Below, piece after piece: positions 17,982-28,343 of a stretch of 60,262 nt of DNA; position 1 is the stretch's first letter, and each line of letters begins with the position of its first letter. The notes beneath the pieces were generated by a model. That model had not been told where the DNA came from. It searched no databases and was given only the letters and a program-made list of their open reading frames with translations. The stretch comes from an uncultured Acidobacteriaceae bacterium (lineage in GTDB: Bacteria; Acidobacteriota; Terriglobia; Terriglobales; Acidobacteriaceae). The stretch lies in contig CAXUEU010000003.1 in NCBI GenBank assembly GCA_964250195.1, positions 1-60,262 on the forward strand. The letters are read 5' to 3'. The translations under genes and the position numbers were made by a program.

Positions 17982-20297
17982 ATGGCATCCGCGCAGCCCA
18001 TCCCGGCGCACCCCGAGCACTCTTCGCGGCCGCCCGCGAAGAAACAGCCGGCTGCCTACTCCGCGGAAGCCCTGCTTCGCTACGACGAAGCCACGGCCGC
18101 CATCACCGGCCCCCGCTTCACACTGCTCGTCGAGACGGTCCGCCGCAACCGCCCCACCGACGACACCGACATCATCCGCCGCGCCTGGGAGTTCTGCCTC
18201 CGCCACCATCGCGGCCAGCTCCGCGCCTCCGGCGAGCCCTACGTGCTGCACCCGCTTGAAGTCGCCATCGTGCTCGCGGAGATGAAGCTCGACTCCACCG
18301 CCATCGCCGCCGGCCTGCTCCACGACGCGGTCGAAGATACCCCGGTTACCACTCCCGAGATCACGGCGCTCTTCGGCGAGCAGGTCGCCCATATCGTCGA
18401 GGGCGTTACCAAACTCGACAAAATTCACTTCGCAAACCGCGAAGACCGTCAGGCCGAGTCCGTTCGGAAAATGCTCCTCGCCATGGTCACCGACGTGCGC
18501 GTCGTGCTCATTAAGCTCGCCGACCGCCTGCACAACATGCGCACGCTGGAGCACCTCAAGCCCGAGCGCCAGGCCTCGATCGCGCGGGAAACCCTGGACA
18601 TCTACGCTCCGCTCGCTCACCGGCTCGGCATGGGCAAGGTCCGCGGCGAGCTCGAGGATCTAGCCTTCCGCTACGTCGACCGCCCCGCCTTCGACCGGCT
18701 CCATGCCGCGATCGAGGCGCGCCGGGTCGAGGGGGAAAAATTCCTCGCCGGGGTCGAGGCCCTGCTCTCCGAACGCTTGACCGAGCACAACCTCAAGGCC
18801 CGCGTCGAGTGGCGCATCAAGCGGCTCTACTCCATCCACGTCAAGCTCCAGGAGAGCGGCGCAAATGTCGATCAGGTCTGGGATCTGCTCGCTCTGCGCG
18901 TCATCGTCGCCTCGGTCGCGGACTGCTACGCCGTGCTCGGCCTCATCCACGCGCTGTTCCGCCCCGTCCCCAACCGCATCAAGGACTTCATCGCGATGCC
19001 TCGGCCGAACCTCTACCAGTCCCTGCACACCACGGTAATGGGCGACGCGGGCCACCAGTTCGAGGTGCAGATCCGCACCGAGGAGATGCACCGCATCGCG
19101 GAAGAGGGCATCGCGGCGCACTGGAAATATAAGGCCGGCGGCTCGCCCGTCTCGGCCCGGGACGAGCAGCGCCTGGCCTGGGTCCGCCAACTCGTCGAGT
19201 GGCAGCGCGAGATGACCGATCCCAACGAGTTCATCTCCACGCTCAAGATCGACCTCTACCCCGAGGAGGTCTACACCTTCACCCCCAAGGGCAAAGTCGT
19301 CGCGCTGCCCAAGGATGCCGGCCCGCTCGACTTCGCCTACGCCGTGCACACCGAGGTCGGCCACGCCTGCGTCTCCGCCAAGGTCAACGGCCGCATGGTC
19401 CCCCTGCGGGCCAAGCTGCGCAACGGCGACATCGTCGAGATCGTCACCCAGACCGGCCATACCCCCTCGCGCGACTGGCTCACCTTCGTCAAGAGCTCCC
19501 GCGCCCGCAACAAGATCAAGCACTGGATCAACGAGCACCAGCGCGAGCGCGCCATCGAGATCGGCCGCAAGCTGCTGGAGCGCGAGGCCCGCAAGTACAA
19601 GATCGCTCTGTCGAAGTTCGAGGAGTCCGACTTCGCCCGGCTCGCCGCCGACTACTCGCTCCCCACGCCCAACGACATGCTGGCCGCGGTCGGCTTCGGC
19701 AAGTACTCCGCCCGGCAGGTGCTTAACCGGCTCGCCCCCGGCATCCTGCACAGCCAGGCCACGCCCGGCGAGCCCGACCTGCCCACCGGGGCCGAGGACG
19801 CGAAGCGGCTCCAGATCCACGCCAACGCCGCGTCCGAAACCCTCGAAGTTGAAGGCTCGAACGAGCTTTTGGTCTACCGCGCCCGCTGCTGCAACCCCAT
19901 CCGCGGCGAGGAGATCATCGGCTATGTCACCCGCGGCAAGGGCGTCGCCGTCCATGGCCGGTCCTGCCCCAACGTGCAGAACCTGCTCTACGAGTCGGAC
20001 CGCCGCATCACGGTCGAGTGGGCCCGCTCGAAGGAAAGCGAGCCCCGCCGCGCCACCTACCCGGTCAAGCTGTCCGTCCTGTGCGACGACCGCCCCGGCA
20101 TGCTCAAGGACATCACCGCGACCGCGAGCGAGGAAAACACCAACATCCGCTCCATGGACACCCGCCCCGGCCCGAACGACGGCGCGCTCATCGAGATCAC
20201 CCTCGACGCGCTCGACCTGAAGCACCTGGAGCGCCTGCAGCAAGGCCTTCGCCGCATCCCCAACGTGCGCGAAGTCCAGCGCTCGTCGAAGCTCTGA
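17982..20297 (+). CDS. Bifunctional (p)ppGpp synthetase/hydrolase (Rel/SpoT)
   Basis: RASGEPY, LLHDAVED, KLADRLHNMRT, YQSLHT, EVQIRT, TGS, ARCCNP, ACT domain. Confidence 0.96.
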   Translation: MASAQPIPAHPEHSSRPPAKKQPAAYSAEALLRYDEATAAITGPRFTLLVETVRRNRPTDDTDIIRRAWEFCLRHHRGQLRASGEPYVLHPLEVAIVLAEMKLDSTAIAAGLLHDAVEDTPVTTPEITALFGEQVAHIVEGVTKLDKIHFANREDRQAESVRKMLLAMVTDVRVVLIKLADRLHNMRTLEHLKPERQASIARETLDIYAPLAHRLGMGKVRGELEDLAFRYVDRPAFDRLHAAIEARRVEGEKFLAGVEALLSERLTEHNLKARVEWRIKRLYSIHVKLQESGANVDQVWDLLALRVIVASVADCYAVLGLIHALFRPVPNRIKDFIAMPRPNLYQSLHTTVMGDAGHQFEVQIRTEEMHRIAEEGIAAHWKYKAGGSPVSARDEQRLAWVRQLVEWQREMTDPNEFISTLKIDLYPEEVYTFTPKGKVVALPKDAGPLDFAYAVHTEVGHACVSAKVNGRMVPLRAKLRNGDIVEIVTQTGHTPSRDWLTFVKSSRARNKIKHWINEHQRERAIEIGRKLLEREARKYKIALSKFEESDFARLAADYSLPTPNDMLAAVGFGKYSARQVLNRLAPGILHSQATPGEPDLPTGAEDAKRLQIHANAASETLEVEGSNELLVYRARCCNPIRGEEIIGYVTRGKGVAVHGRSCPNVQNLLYESDRRITVEWARSKESEPRRATYPVKLSVLCDDRPGMLKDITATASEENTNIRSMDTRPGPNDGALIEITLDALDLKHLERLQQGLRRIPNVREVQRSSKL

Positions 20298-20732
20298 TCA
20301 GTCTTGCTTGCAGCTCTTCACCGTGTCCGCAGCCCGTCGCCATACCTCGGTCCGCCCCAGCACCGCCACCCCGATAAACCCGTGCAGCTTGAGCACATCC
20401 GTACTGTCCAGCTTCATCGATCCCGAATAAGTGCGCCCCGACTCGGGGTCATACAGCTTGCCGCCCTTCGCCTCCTGCCCTTGCGGCACAAAGCCGGAGC
20501 CGATCTCGAGCCCGCATAGCGGCCGCGCGCGCAGGGAGGCGTCCGGGTTTTGCGCGTCGGTCTTGGGTGCCGCCGGGTTCCCTACCCCGATCAGTTCCAG
20601 GCACAACCCCGCTCCGCCGGAGCACGGATGCACCTGCACCAGAGACTTATCCGGCGTATACCAACGGCCCTCAAACACGGGCGAGGCGGGCAGAACGGAA
20701 GCGAACAGCAGCAGGGCGGAGGGTAATAACAT
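20298..20732 (-). CDS. DUF2147 family secreted protein
   Basis: Signal peptide; NPDASLRARPLCG, GKLYDPESGRTY, GRTEVW. Confidence 0.82.
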   Translation of the reverse strand: MLLPSALLLFASVLPASPVFEGRWYTPDKSLVQVHPCSGGAGLCLELIGVGNPAAPKTDAQNPDASLRARPLCGLEIGSGFVPQGQEAKGGKLYDPESGRTYSGSMKLDSTDVLKLHGFIGVAVLGRTEVWRRAADTVKSCKQD

Positions 20733-20808
20733 GCAAGCCTTTCCGGAATCAGCAAACTGAGATGCCCGCGCGGCCGGATGAGTTCCCGCCAAGCTTTTCA
20801 CACGTAAG

Positions 20809-20834
20809 AAAAAAGAGAGGCCGGAGCCCCTCCC
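20809..20834 (-). terminator. Rho-independent terminator downstream of the TonB receptor locus
   Basis: Minus strand GGGAGGGGC-TCCG-GCCTCTCTT followed by a T-tract. Confidence 0.7.
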
Positions 20835-20859
20835 GAAATGCGCTGAAGATCGCTTCAGC

Positions 20860-20894
20860 CTAGAACCAACCTTGAGCTGAAGCTCCGTGGACCG
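20860..20894 (-). pseudogene. Orphan 3' tail of a paralogous TonB receptor
   Basis: Translates RSTELQLKVG, versus RSTEFQLKLTF* at the end of the adjacent receptor. Confidence 0.55.
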
Positions 20895-21104
20895 ATGTGC
20901 TTCTATCGCGCCGAATGCGTATGGAGCAGATTGATCGTATTCCTATCCGCTAAACCCAATTGCCAACCTCCCTGCCTCGGATCAAACAAACGTCAACACT
21001 GCCACATCGGCCATTCCGTATTGAGCATGAAAGAACACATCAAAAAGCGGTCTATGGTGCCGGATGCCTATAGCCCGCTCCATGAAGATTACGAACCGCG
21101 CCCT

Positions 21105-24100
21105 TCAAAACGTCAGCTTCAGCTGAAATTCCGTCGAGCGTGGCCCGCCGGCGTCGAAAGTGCCGGATCCGCGCGCGATGCGGTTTGAGTTCTTGACCGC
21201 ATAGTTGTTGGGTCCGTTGATATAGTTGCTCTGCCCTGCATCTGCAGTGTTCAGCAGCGTGCCGTTCCCGGTGCTTGTCACGTAATTTACATCGTTGTAG
21301 TTGCCGAGGTTGAGCACGTTATAGACAGCGACTCCAGGCGTAAGTGTCAGTGCCTCTGAAACCTTGTGCAGGTGCACAGGCCAAAGAAAGCTCGAGTCGA
21401 GCTGCCTGAAAGGTGAATTGCCGATCGCAGTCTGCTGCGGTACGTTTGCGATCGGCTGCAGGACTCCGCCGAGTTGCTGCAGCTGCGCTGCACTTACGAG
21501 GCCACTATTCACCAGTGTTTGCCCCGCCGGGGTAAACTGTCCGGCATACTTTGCATTGTAGCGGGTGATGGCTGTTTGGAGATTGCCCGGGCTGTAATCG
21601 CGCATATAGGCACCGGGATTGGTTTCGGGAAGCAGATGCTGATTCAGGCTTCCGTCTCCGATTGCGTCCGAGGTGAAGATCTGTGCCGCACTTCCCGAGG
21701 TGTTGTCGAGCAGTAGATTGGACGGCGGCGCGGAGTAGATGTGGCCGATCAGGCTGATTTGCGGTCCATAGACGGCGGTAACGGAACCGCCGAAAGAGAG
21801 CGTGTGCCGATGGTCCAGAGCACCATAGCCGTTGTACAGGGTCGGATTGTTGTAGTCCCACGCAGATCCCGTGAAGAAGGCATCCGAACCCGCACCGCTG
21901 GTACCGTTCTGCCTTCCGTAGGCGTAGCTCACTTCGAAGTTCGAATCCGTCAAGCCCCGAAAAGGGTGGACTTTCTGCTCGCGCAGGTTGAGCTGCAAGG
22001 CGTCATAACCCGCCCGGCCTGCCGGGAATGCGAAGAAGCCATTGCCCAGCGCCGCATTGACACCAGGATAAGCGGCGCCGGTATTCGGAGTCGCACCCTG
22101 ACGCGAAGCGGGCTGGCCCCCAAACACGACATTGCCCGAGTCCAACCCGTATCCGGACAGATCCTGAATCGTCAACCCCGTGAGGTCTGTATGGATACCG
22201 GGGCAGCTCTGGATGGCAGCTTGGAGGTTTCCTGTGCCGCATGCAGTCACGGCCGCCGTGATTGCATTCTGCGCCGCCGCTTGGTTCAGGTAGCGGCCAT
22301 CGCCGACGTGGTTGACGTCGATGGTCTGAGCGATATGAACCGTGGCGGAATGCACATAGCTCGCCGTCACGACGGTGCCGCGCCCGAACTGTTGCTGGAT
22401 GCTGAAGTTGACCTGCGTTGAATACGGAGTCTTGAAGTTCGGCGAGTAAGCGCTGTTCCCATTGGGAATCGCCAGCGTATTGCCGATGAAGCTGCCATTT
22501 GCGGCGGCACCCGCGGCTATTGAAGCCTGCTGAAACTGCGCCTGGATCCCCGCAAATTTCGGCGCGGAAGTTGCCAGCGGCTGCGAGCAGATAGCCTGGA
22601 TGGACTCCCCGTTGTAGGTCGTTACCGGCGTTGCCTGACCGGGGAAGTTGATTTGGTACACGCCGCCGCAGAGCGTCCGGCTGTAATCGTTGAATAGGCC
22701 TGAAGAAAGCTTGAACGGAGTATCAAACTGCGATGCGTTGAAAACGGTATTTTCGCGGTAGACCCCGATGCCGCCGCTCAAAACAGTCGTACCCTTCGAG
22801 CCAAGCGAATAAGCGAACCCGAGCTGCGGGTTGAAGTCGAAATTCGGTTGGCGGATGCGACTGCCCAATCCCGGCCCGAACTGGTCTAGAATGAGCTGAT
22901 TTCCTGAGCAAGGTGCTGCTGTATTGAAGAGAGCCGTGTTGATGTCGGAGCAGGGGATCGGATTAATGTAGTTGTCCGTTCTTCCCGTGTCACGTTGATA
23001 GCGCACCCCATAATTCAGCACGAAGTTCGGGGTGATCTTCCACGAATCGCCGACGTAGGTAGCGACGCGCCAGTCTTGTGAGCCACCCGCTGGAGCATTG
23101 AATGCCGATATGTTCGTGTAGTACCCGAGACCGTTCCCAAAACGTACCCCTGAGCTGGCCTTGTAGCTGTTCAGGAGATTGCTTGGATCGCTTCCGGCGA
23201 TCAGGGAAGATGTCGTCAGCGAGATGCGCGGAGCTAGGCCGAAGAACGATGCAAAACCGCCCTGAAGGATGTCGTTCAGGCTGAACCCGTACTTGACATT
23301 GTGCGTCCCTTTCGTCCAGCTGCCGTCATAGCGGGCCTGCTTGTCTGATTGATAGGTGCTTTGAGGTGCGAGGTCGTTCGCTCCGGTAAGGAGATTTTGT
23401 GCCGCGTAGCGGATCAGCACTCCGGGCACGGCCAGGTAGACGCCGGAACCGGTCGCATCCGTGATTAGATTGTGAAACTTCTCGTAGGAGCCCCGAAATG
23501 AATGAGTGAAGCGCCCAGTCACGAAATCCGCACCGCCGGCGATCCCCGGAGTGTTGTCACGGTTTGCATAGATGTCGTAGGAACCGTCCCCGGAGGTTAC
23601 GACAGAATTAACATCGTAGTTGACGCGCGCGAAGAAGTGAATACCTTTCGGTCCGTTGAAATCAAGCCGACCGGTTGAGTAAGTCTCCCGGTAAGGAGCA
23701 GGCACATTTGGGTAGGCACTTGCAATATTCCCGAAAAGCGAGCCCAGCTGCACTGGGCTGCTCTCGTCCTGCTTGATACGTTCGGAGTTCGCGAAGAAGA
23801 ATAGCTTGTCCTTGATGATCGGACCGCCAATCAGGCCTCCGAACTGGTTGCGCTGAAACGGCGCGTTCGCTCCCTGGATTGTGGCAAATCCGGCATTGTT
23901 GTCCTGGAAGTTATAAAAAAGCTAGCCGTGGAAGCCGTTGGTACCCGTGCGGGTCGAAACGAGCACCTGACCCGTGGAGCCGATTTCTCCTGAAACATCA
24001 TTGTTCGCACGCGTTACTTGGAATTCGCCGATCGCGCCCTGCGCGACGTTGAAGATCGTTGTACCCACAGTCTCATCCGTGATGTCTTGACCATCAAGAA

Positions 24101-24758
24101 GGATGCGCGTCGTTCGACCCGAGCTGCCATTGAAGCCGATTGCGGAATAGCCTGCCTTCGTCGGGTCGAAGGTTTGCCCACTCTGCAACTGCACGCCGGG
24201 CTCAAGCTGGGCTAGGTCAAGAAAATTGCGGCCATTAATCGGCAGCGTGTCGATCTGCTGAGTGGTGATTACGCCGGAGACGCTGTTCTGCTCGGTATTA
24301 ACCTGCACTGTCCCCGTTGTGACTTGCACTTCCTGCGTGCTCGCGCCGACCTGAAGCTTGAAGTTTCCATTGGAGACTGTGCCAGTCTGCACTATCGTGT
24401 CGACATTAAGCGTCGAATAGCCCTCGGACATGACCACGATATGGTAGTTGCCGGGGTTGACCGGTCCAGATGTGTAGAGGCCCGATCCATCAGTTACCAA
24501 TGTCTTTTTGTAGCCGGTCTGAGGACTGGTAATGACTACCTGCGCCCTGGGGATAACCGCACCCGAGGGATCCGTGATCGTCCCTTGGATCGACCCGCCG
24601 TTCACCGAGATCGCCTGCGCGTGGAGGGCCGCCGTCGGAGCCGCCATGGTGAAAAAGAGGGAGCCGGCCAGGGCCGCGGTGCCCAGGCTCGATTTGGTTC
24701 TGCGCTCGAAAGTGCTGCCGCTCAACCGGGAAACATGCCGCCGTGCAAAACGCCGCAT
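21105..24758 (-). pseudogene. Oar-type TonB-dependent receptor with a single in-frame TAG (23922-23924)
   Basis: Both ORFs share one frame; reading through gives TNGFHG*LFYNFQD..QRNQFGGLIGGPIIKDKLFFF; carboxypeptidase-like N-domain, LPINGRNFLDL, C-terminal F. Confidence 0.88.
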
Positions 24759-24795
24759 TCACAACTCCTGAGGTGAAGACCTGATACCACCACCC

Positions 24796-24813
24796 TTGCA
24801 CTTCAGGTGCCAA
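24796..24813 (-). promoter_or_regulatory. Candidate sigma-54 (-24/-12) promoter
   Basis: TTGGCACCTGAAGTGCAA with exact GG-N10-GC spacing, about 40 nt upstream of the receptor ATG. Confidence 0.55.
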
Positions 24814-24963
24814 AAACAGAACTCGCGAAAAAGCCTGCTTTTCACCGGCTCCTGCGTTCACCCGCTGACACTCGCCCGTTTTTGGGCGGTACCGCGATCC
24901 GGAATCCATCATGGCGTAGATAAAGGCAGCTTTATGCGCCGTCGCATGACGCACAATGGGTGC

Positions 24964-25365
24964 ATGGATACAGCAAAGCAACAAGTTGCCGCCGCCGAAG
25001 CCCCAGCGGCGATCGGCCCCTACTCGCAGGCCATCGCCGCCGGTCCCTGGGTGTTCACCTCCGGGCAGATCGCGCTCGACCCGGCAACCGGCGCGATGGT
25101 GTCGGGCGGGGCCGAAGCGGAAGCGGAGCAGGCGCTGCGCAATCTCGCGGCCGTTCTGGCGGCGGCCGGATGCTCGCCCGCCGATGTGGTCAAGACCACG
25201 GTCTTTCTGGCCGACATGGACGCATTCGCCGCCGTCAACGCGGTTTACGCGCGATTCTTCAACGGCGGCGGAGCTGCCCCGCCCGCCCGGTCCACCGTGC
25301 AGGTCGCGCGCCTTCCGAAAGACGCTCAGGTCGAAGTCGAGGCCATCGCGCTCCGGCGCGGCTGA
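24964..25365 (+). CDS. RidA family enamine/imine deaminase
   Basis: APAAIGPYSQA, SGQIALDP, VVKTTVFL, PARSTVQVARLP, VEVEAIA. Confidence 0.92.
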   Translation: MDTAKQQVAAAEAPAAIGPYSQAIAAGPWVFTSGQIALDPATGAMVSGGAEAEAEQALRNLAAVLAAAGCSPADVVKTTVFLADMDAFAAVNAVYARFFNGGGAAPPARSTVQVARLPKDAQVEVEAIALRRG

Positions 25366-25409
25366 TACCTTTGCCGGTCCGTGCCATCTAAACGTAGAGA
25401 GGAAAAGAC

Positions 25410-25823
25410 ATGGCAACCACGACGAGCACACCCGAGAAAATCGAGCGCACCGATGAGGAATGGCGCAAACTGCTGACCGAAGAGCAGTTCCGCATCACCC
25501 GCCAGAAAGGCACGGAGCCGGCCTTTAGTGGTGCGCTCTACAAGAACCACGCGGACGGCGCGTACCACTGCGTCGCCTGCGGCGCGGCCCTGTTCCGTTC
25601 CGACGAGAAGTACGAGTCGAACAGCGGTTGGCCTTCGTTCTGGGAGCCGGTCTCCCCGTCCGCCGTCGCCACCCATGAGGACCGGAGCCACGGGATGCGG
25701 AGAATCGAGGTCACATGCGCCCGGTGCGACTCGCACCTGGGGCATGTTTTCCCGGACGGGCCCAAACCGACCGGTCTCCGCTACTGCATCAACTCCGCCT
25801 CGCTCAAGTTCGAGGGGAAATAG
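25410..25823 (+). CDS. msrB: Peptide-methionine (R)-S-oxide reductase
   Basis: [27 protein letters not shown]. Confidence 0.95.
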   Translation: MATTTSTPEKIERTDEEWRKLLTEEQFRITRQKGTEPAFSGALYKNHADGAYHCVACGAALFRSDEKYESNSGWPSFWEPVSPSAVATHEDRSHGMRRIEVTCARCDSHLGHVFPDGPKPTGLRYCINSASLKFEGK

Positions 25824-25859
25824 CGAAGAGCCCTACGCTTTGCGGCGCAGGGCTCTTCG
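25824..25859. terminator. Hairpin between convergent msrB and rpmB
   Basis: Inverted arms CGAAGAGCCCT / AGGGCTCTTCG. Confidence 0.7.
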
Positions 25860-25871
25860 GTTTCCAGAACG

Positions 25872-26060
25872 TCAGGCCTTGACGACCTTGCCGCTTTTGA
25901 TGCACGAGGTGCACACGCGAATCTTACGGGCACCGCCGCCGATCTTCGCCTTGACCGGGCGCAGGTTGACGTTCCAGCGCCTACGCGTCACGTTGTGCGC
26001 GTGCGAGATATTGTTGCCGAACTGCGGTCCCTTGCTGCAAATCGCACAAATCTGTGCCAT
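25872..26060 (-). CDS. rpmB: 50S ribosomal protein L28 (two CxxC pairs)
   Basis: MAQICAICSKGPQFGNNISHAHNVTRRRWNVNL...CTSCIKSG. Confidence 0.95.
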   Translation of the reverse strand: MAQICAICSKGPQFGNNISHAHNVTRRRWNVNLRPVKAKIGGGARKIRVCTSCIKSGKVVKA

Positions 26061-26199
26061 GGTCATGCTCCCGATTCGAGGCTCGCTCGATAGAAAATGT
26101 GGCGTCCAGCCGAACGTAAGCGAGCGGAGGGAGGGCCGGTATGGACCGGCGTGCCAAGCTCCAATCTACTTCAGCCCGGCGCGTTCGGCAAACCCGGCT

Positions 26200-27207
26200 C
26201 TACCGGACACCGGCCGTCTCCTGCCCTGCCGCCATCTCCTGGAGGCGCTTGGCCAGCAACTGCTCCAGATTTTCGAGCGCTTCCGAGAAGCCCTCAATGC
26301 CTTCCTTCAACTTGTCATGCGCCATCCGGTCTTCGGCGTGCATCTTCTCGAAGGTCTGCTCGTCCATCGAGATTTTCTGGATGTCCAGGGTGCTCGCGTT
26401 TTTCGGGTCGAGCTTCCGGTCGAGAGTGCCCTGCGCGCCGTCCAGTTCGTTCAGCAGCTTGGGAGAGATCGTCAGCAGGTCGCAGCCCGCCAGCTCGGTG
26501 ATTTCGCCCGTGTTGCGGAAACTCGCGCCCATGACCTGCGTTTTGTAGCCGAATTTCTTGTAGTAGTTGTAGATGGTCGTGACGGACTGCACGCCTGGGT
26601 CTTCGGCACCCTGGTAGTCCTTGCCCGTGTCCTTCTTGTACCAGTCCAGGATCCGGCCCACGAAAGGGGAAATCAGGGTCACCTTGGCTTCCGCGCAGGC
26701 GATCGCCTGGTGCATGCCGAACAGCAGCGTCAGGTTGCAGTGGATGCCTTCCTGCTCGAGCTTCTCCGCCGCCTTGATGCCCGGCCAGGTCGAGGCAATC
26801 TTGATCAGGACGCGCTCGCGGCCGATCCCCGCCCCCTCATACATCCCGATGATCTCGTGGGCTTGCTCGAGCGTCTTCCCGGTGTCGTAGCTCAAGCGCG
26901 CATCCACCTCGGTCGAAACCCGCCCGGGGATGATCGCCAAAATCTTCTTGCCGAACGCGACCGCCAGGTGCTTGAACGCCTCGTTCGCTACGTCCTTGTC
27001 CCCTGCCTTGTCGCCGAGCGACTTGCGTGCTTCCAGGAGTACGTCATCGACAATCTGCGAATACACCGGCATCCCGGCCGCGGTCGTGATCAGCGATGGG
27101 TTCGTTGTTGCGTCCTGCGGTTTAACCTTCTCGATCGCCTGAATGTCGCCCGTGTCCGCGACCACCGTCGTCATCGTCCGCAGCTGCTCCAAAAGTGTTC
27201 CAGCCAT
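26200..27207 (-). CDS. tal: Transaldolase
   Basis: [46 protein letters not shown]. Confidence 0.95.
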   Translation of the reverse strand: MAGTLLEQLRTMTTVVADTGDIQAIEKVKPQDATTNPSLITTAAGMPVYSQIVDDVLLEARKSLGDKAGDKDVANEAFKHLAVAFGKKILAIIPGRVSTEVDARLSYDTGKTLEQAHEIIGMYEGAGIGRERVLIKIASTWPGIKAAEKLEQEGIHCNLTLLFGMHQAIACAEAKVTLISPFVGRILDWYKKDTGKDYQGAEDPGVQSVTTIYNYYKKFGYKTQVMGASFRNTGEITELAGCDLLTISPKLLNELDGAQGTLDRKLDPKNASTLDIQKISMDEQTFEKMHAEDRMAHDKLKEGIEGFSEALENLEQLLAKRLQEMAAGQETAGVR

Positions 27208-27248
27208 TGCTCATCCTCCCGCGCCACCCATGCCCGCGCGCTTCTTCT

Positions 27249-28343
27249 TTAGGATGCACCTGAAGGGCCCGCGCATTCAACCGCCGCGCCGGCCGGTTCC
27301 GGCTCGCTCTTCCCGTTTCGGAACTCAGGAAAACCTCGTACCGATTCGGGAACGAAAGAGACGGCATGGGTGGGAACCGCCTCCACCCTCCAGAACTTTT
27401 TATAGCTTTCATTTCCGCGGAGCATGTCGACCATGACGAATCCATCCCGGGCAGCCTGCTCGATCGCCAGACCGAGCAGAAGGATTCCCGGCTTGAGGGA
27501 TTCGAAACGGGTTGCATGCCCCATCAAGTAGAGGTACTGCGTCCGCCGGAGTCGCTCGGGCGGGTCGAGAAGGCAGTACAGGACCCCCAACGGCTCAGCC
27601 CCGGCGCGGAGCACGGTTAAGCTCGCCACCCCACCGGCAAGCATCGCGGAGAGTGCTTCACGATGGTGGGCGAGCACCTGTGGGTCGGCCAGAACACCGC
27701 CCTCCCCTGCCCGCTCCCAACGCTCCGTATGGAAATGGACGAGGAGTTCGAAGGCGAGTTCCCAGTCGTTGCCGGCAGCTGAGTGCAGCTCCAATTTGCC
27801 CAGAGCCCGGGCGGCGTTCGTGCGGTAACGAACCTCGGCGCGTAGTTTCGGCGGCAGTTCCGCGATTTCCACCGCGGGCCGTCGGCTGCAAGGTTCACCA
27901 GGGGCGCGGGTCACGTAGGGTGATGAGCTCTGACCCAATGCCCGGGAAAGCAGGGATTCGGGGCGAAGCTGGGTCAGGTCCGCGCGATCCCAGGACTGCT
28001 GTGCCAGCCTGGCGAGCAGAGTGCGGACATCGCCCTCCGTACACTCCGCCGCGAAGACGCCATCGAGGTAATCCGACGTACCCGCACCGGCAAGAAGCAG
28101 CTTGCGCGTGCCGCTGCCGGGCTCGACGTAAACGAAGAGGGGCACCATGGCCAGCAAACGGCCGTCCCTGCGCGCGGTTGCCACCAGGAGCGGGTGCCGG
28201 TCAAACGCCCGCCACCAGGGCAGGAGCCACTCGGGATGCTGAAAGGGCGTGGCATGGGGACTCGACTGCCACAGTGCCAGCCACTCAGGGACCAGGGCTT
28301 CCCACGCCTGAGCGGTCGTGAGAATCGAACACACAATCGCCAT
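27249..28343 (-). CDS. CelD/BcsL-type GNAT acyltransferase
   Basis: ATPFQHPEWLLPWW, SDYLD, PGILLL, DMLRGNESYKKFW. Confidence 0.8.
   Translation of the reverse strand: MAIVCSILTTAQAWEALVPEWLALWQSSPHATPFQHPEWLLPWWRAFDRHPLLVATARRDGRLLAMVPLFVYVEPGSGTRKLLLAGAGTSDYLDGVFAAECTEGDVRTLLARLAQQSWDRADLTQLRPESLLSRALGQSSSPYVTRAPGEPCSRRPAVEIAELPPKLRAEVRYRTNAARALGKLELHSAAGNDWELAFELLVHFHTERWERAGEGGVLADPQVLAHHREALSAMLAGGVASLTVLRAGAEPLGVLYCLLDPPERLRRTQYLYLMGHATRFESLKPGILLLGLAIEQAARDGFVMVDMLRGNESYKKFWRVEAVPTHAVSFVPESVRGFPEFRNGKSEPEPAGAAVECAGPSGAS

Noticed and set aside
20895-21188. 97-aa ORF in the AT-rich spacer
   Set aside because: No recognisable motifs and it overlaps the receptor 3' end in antisense
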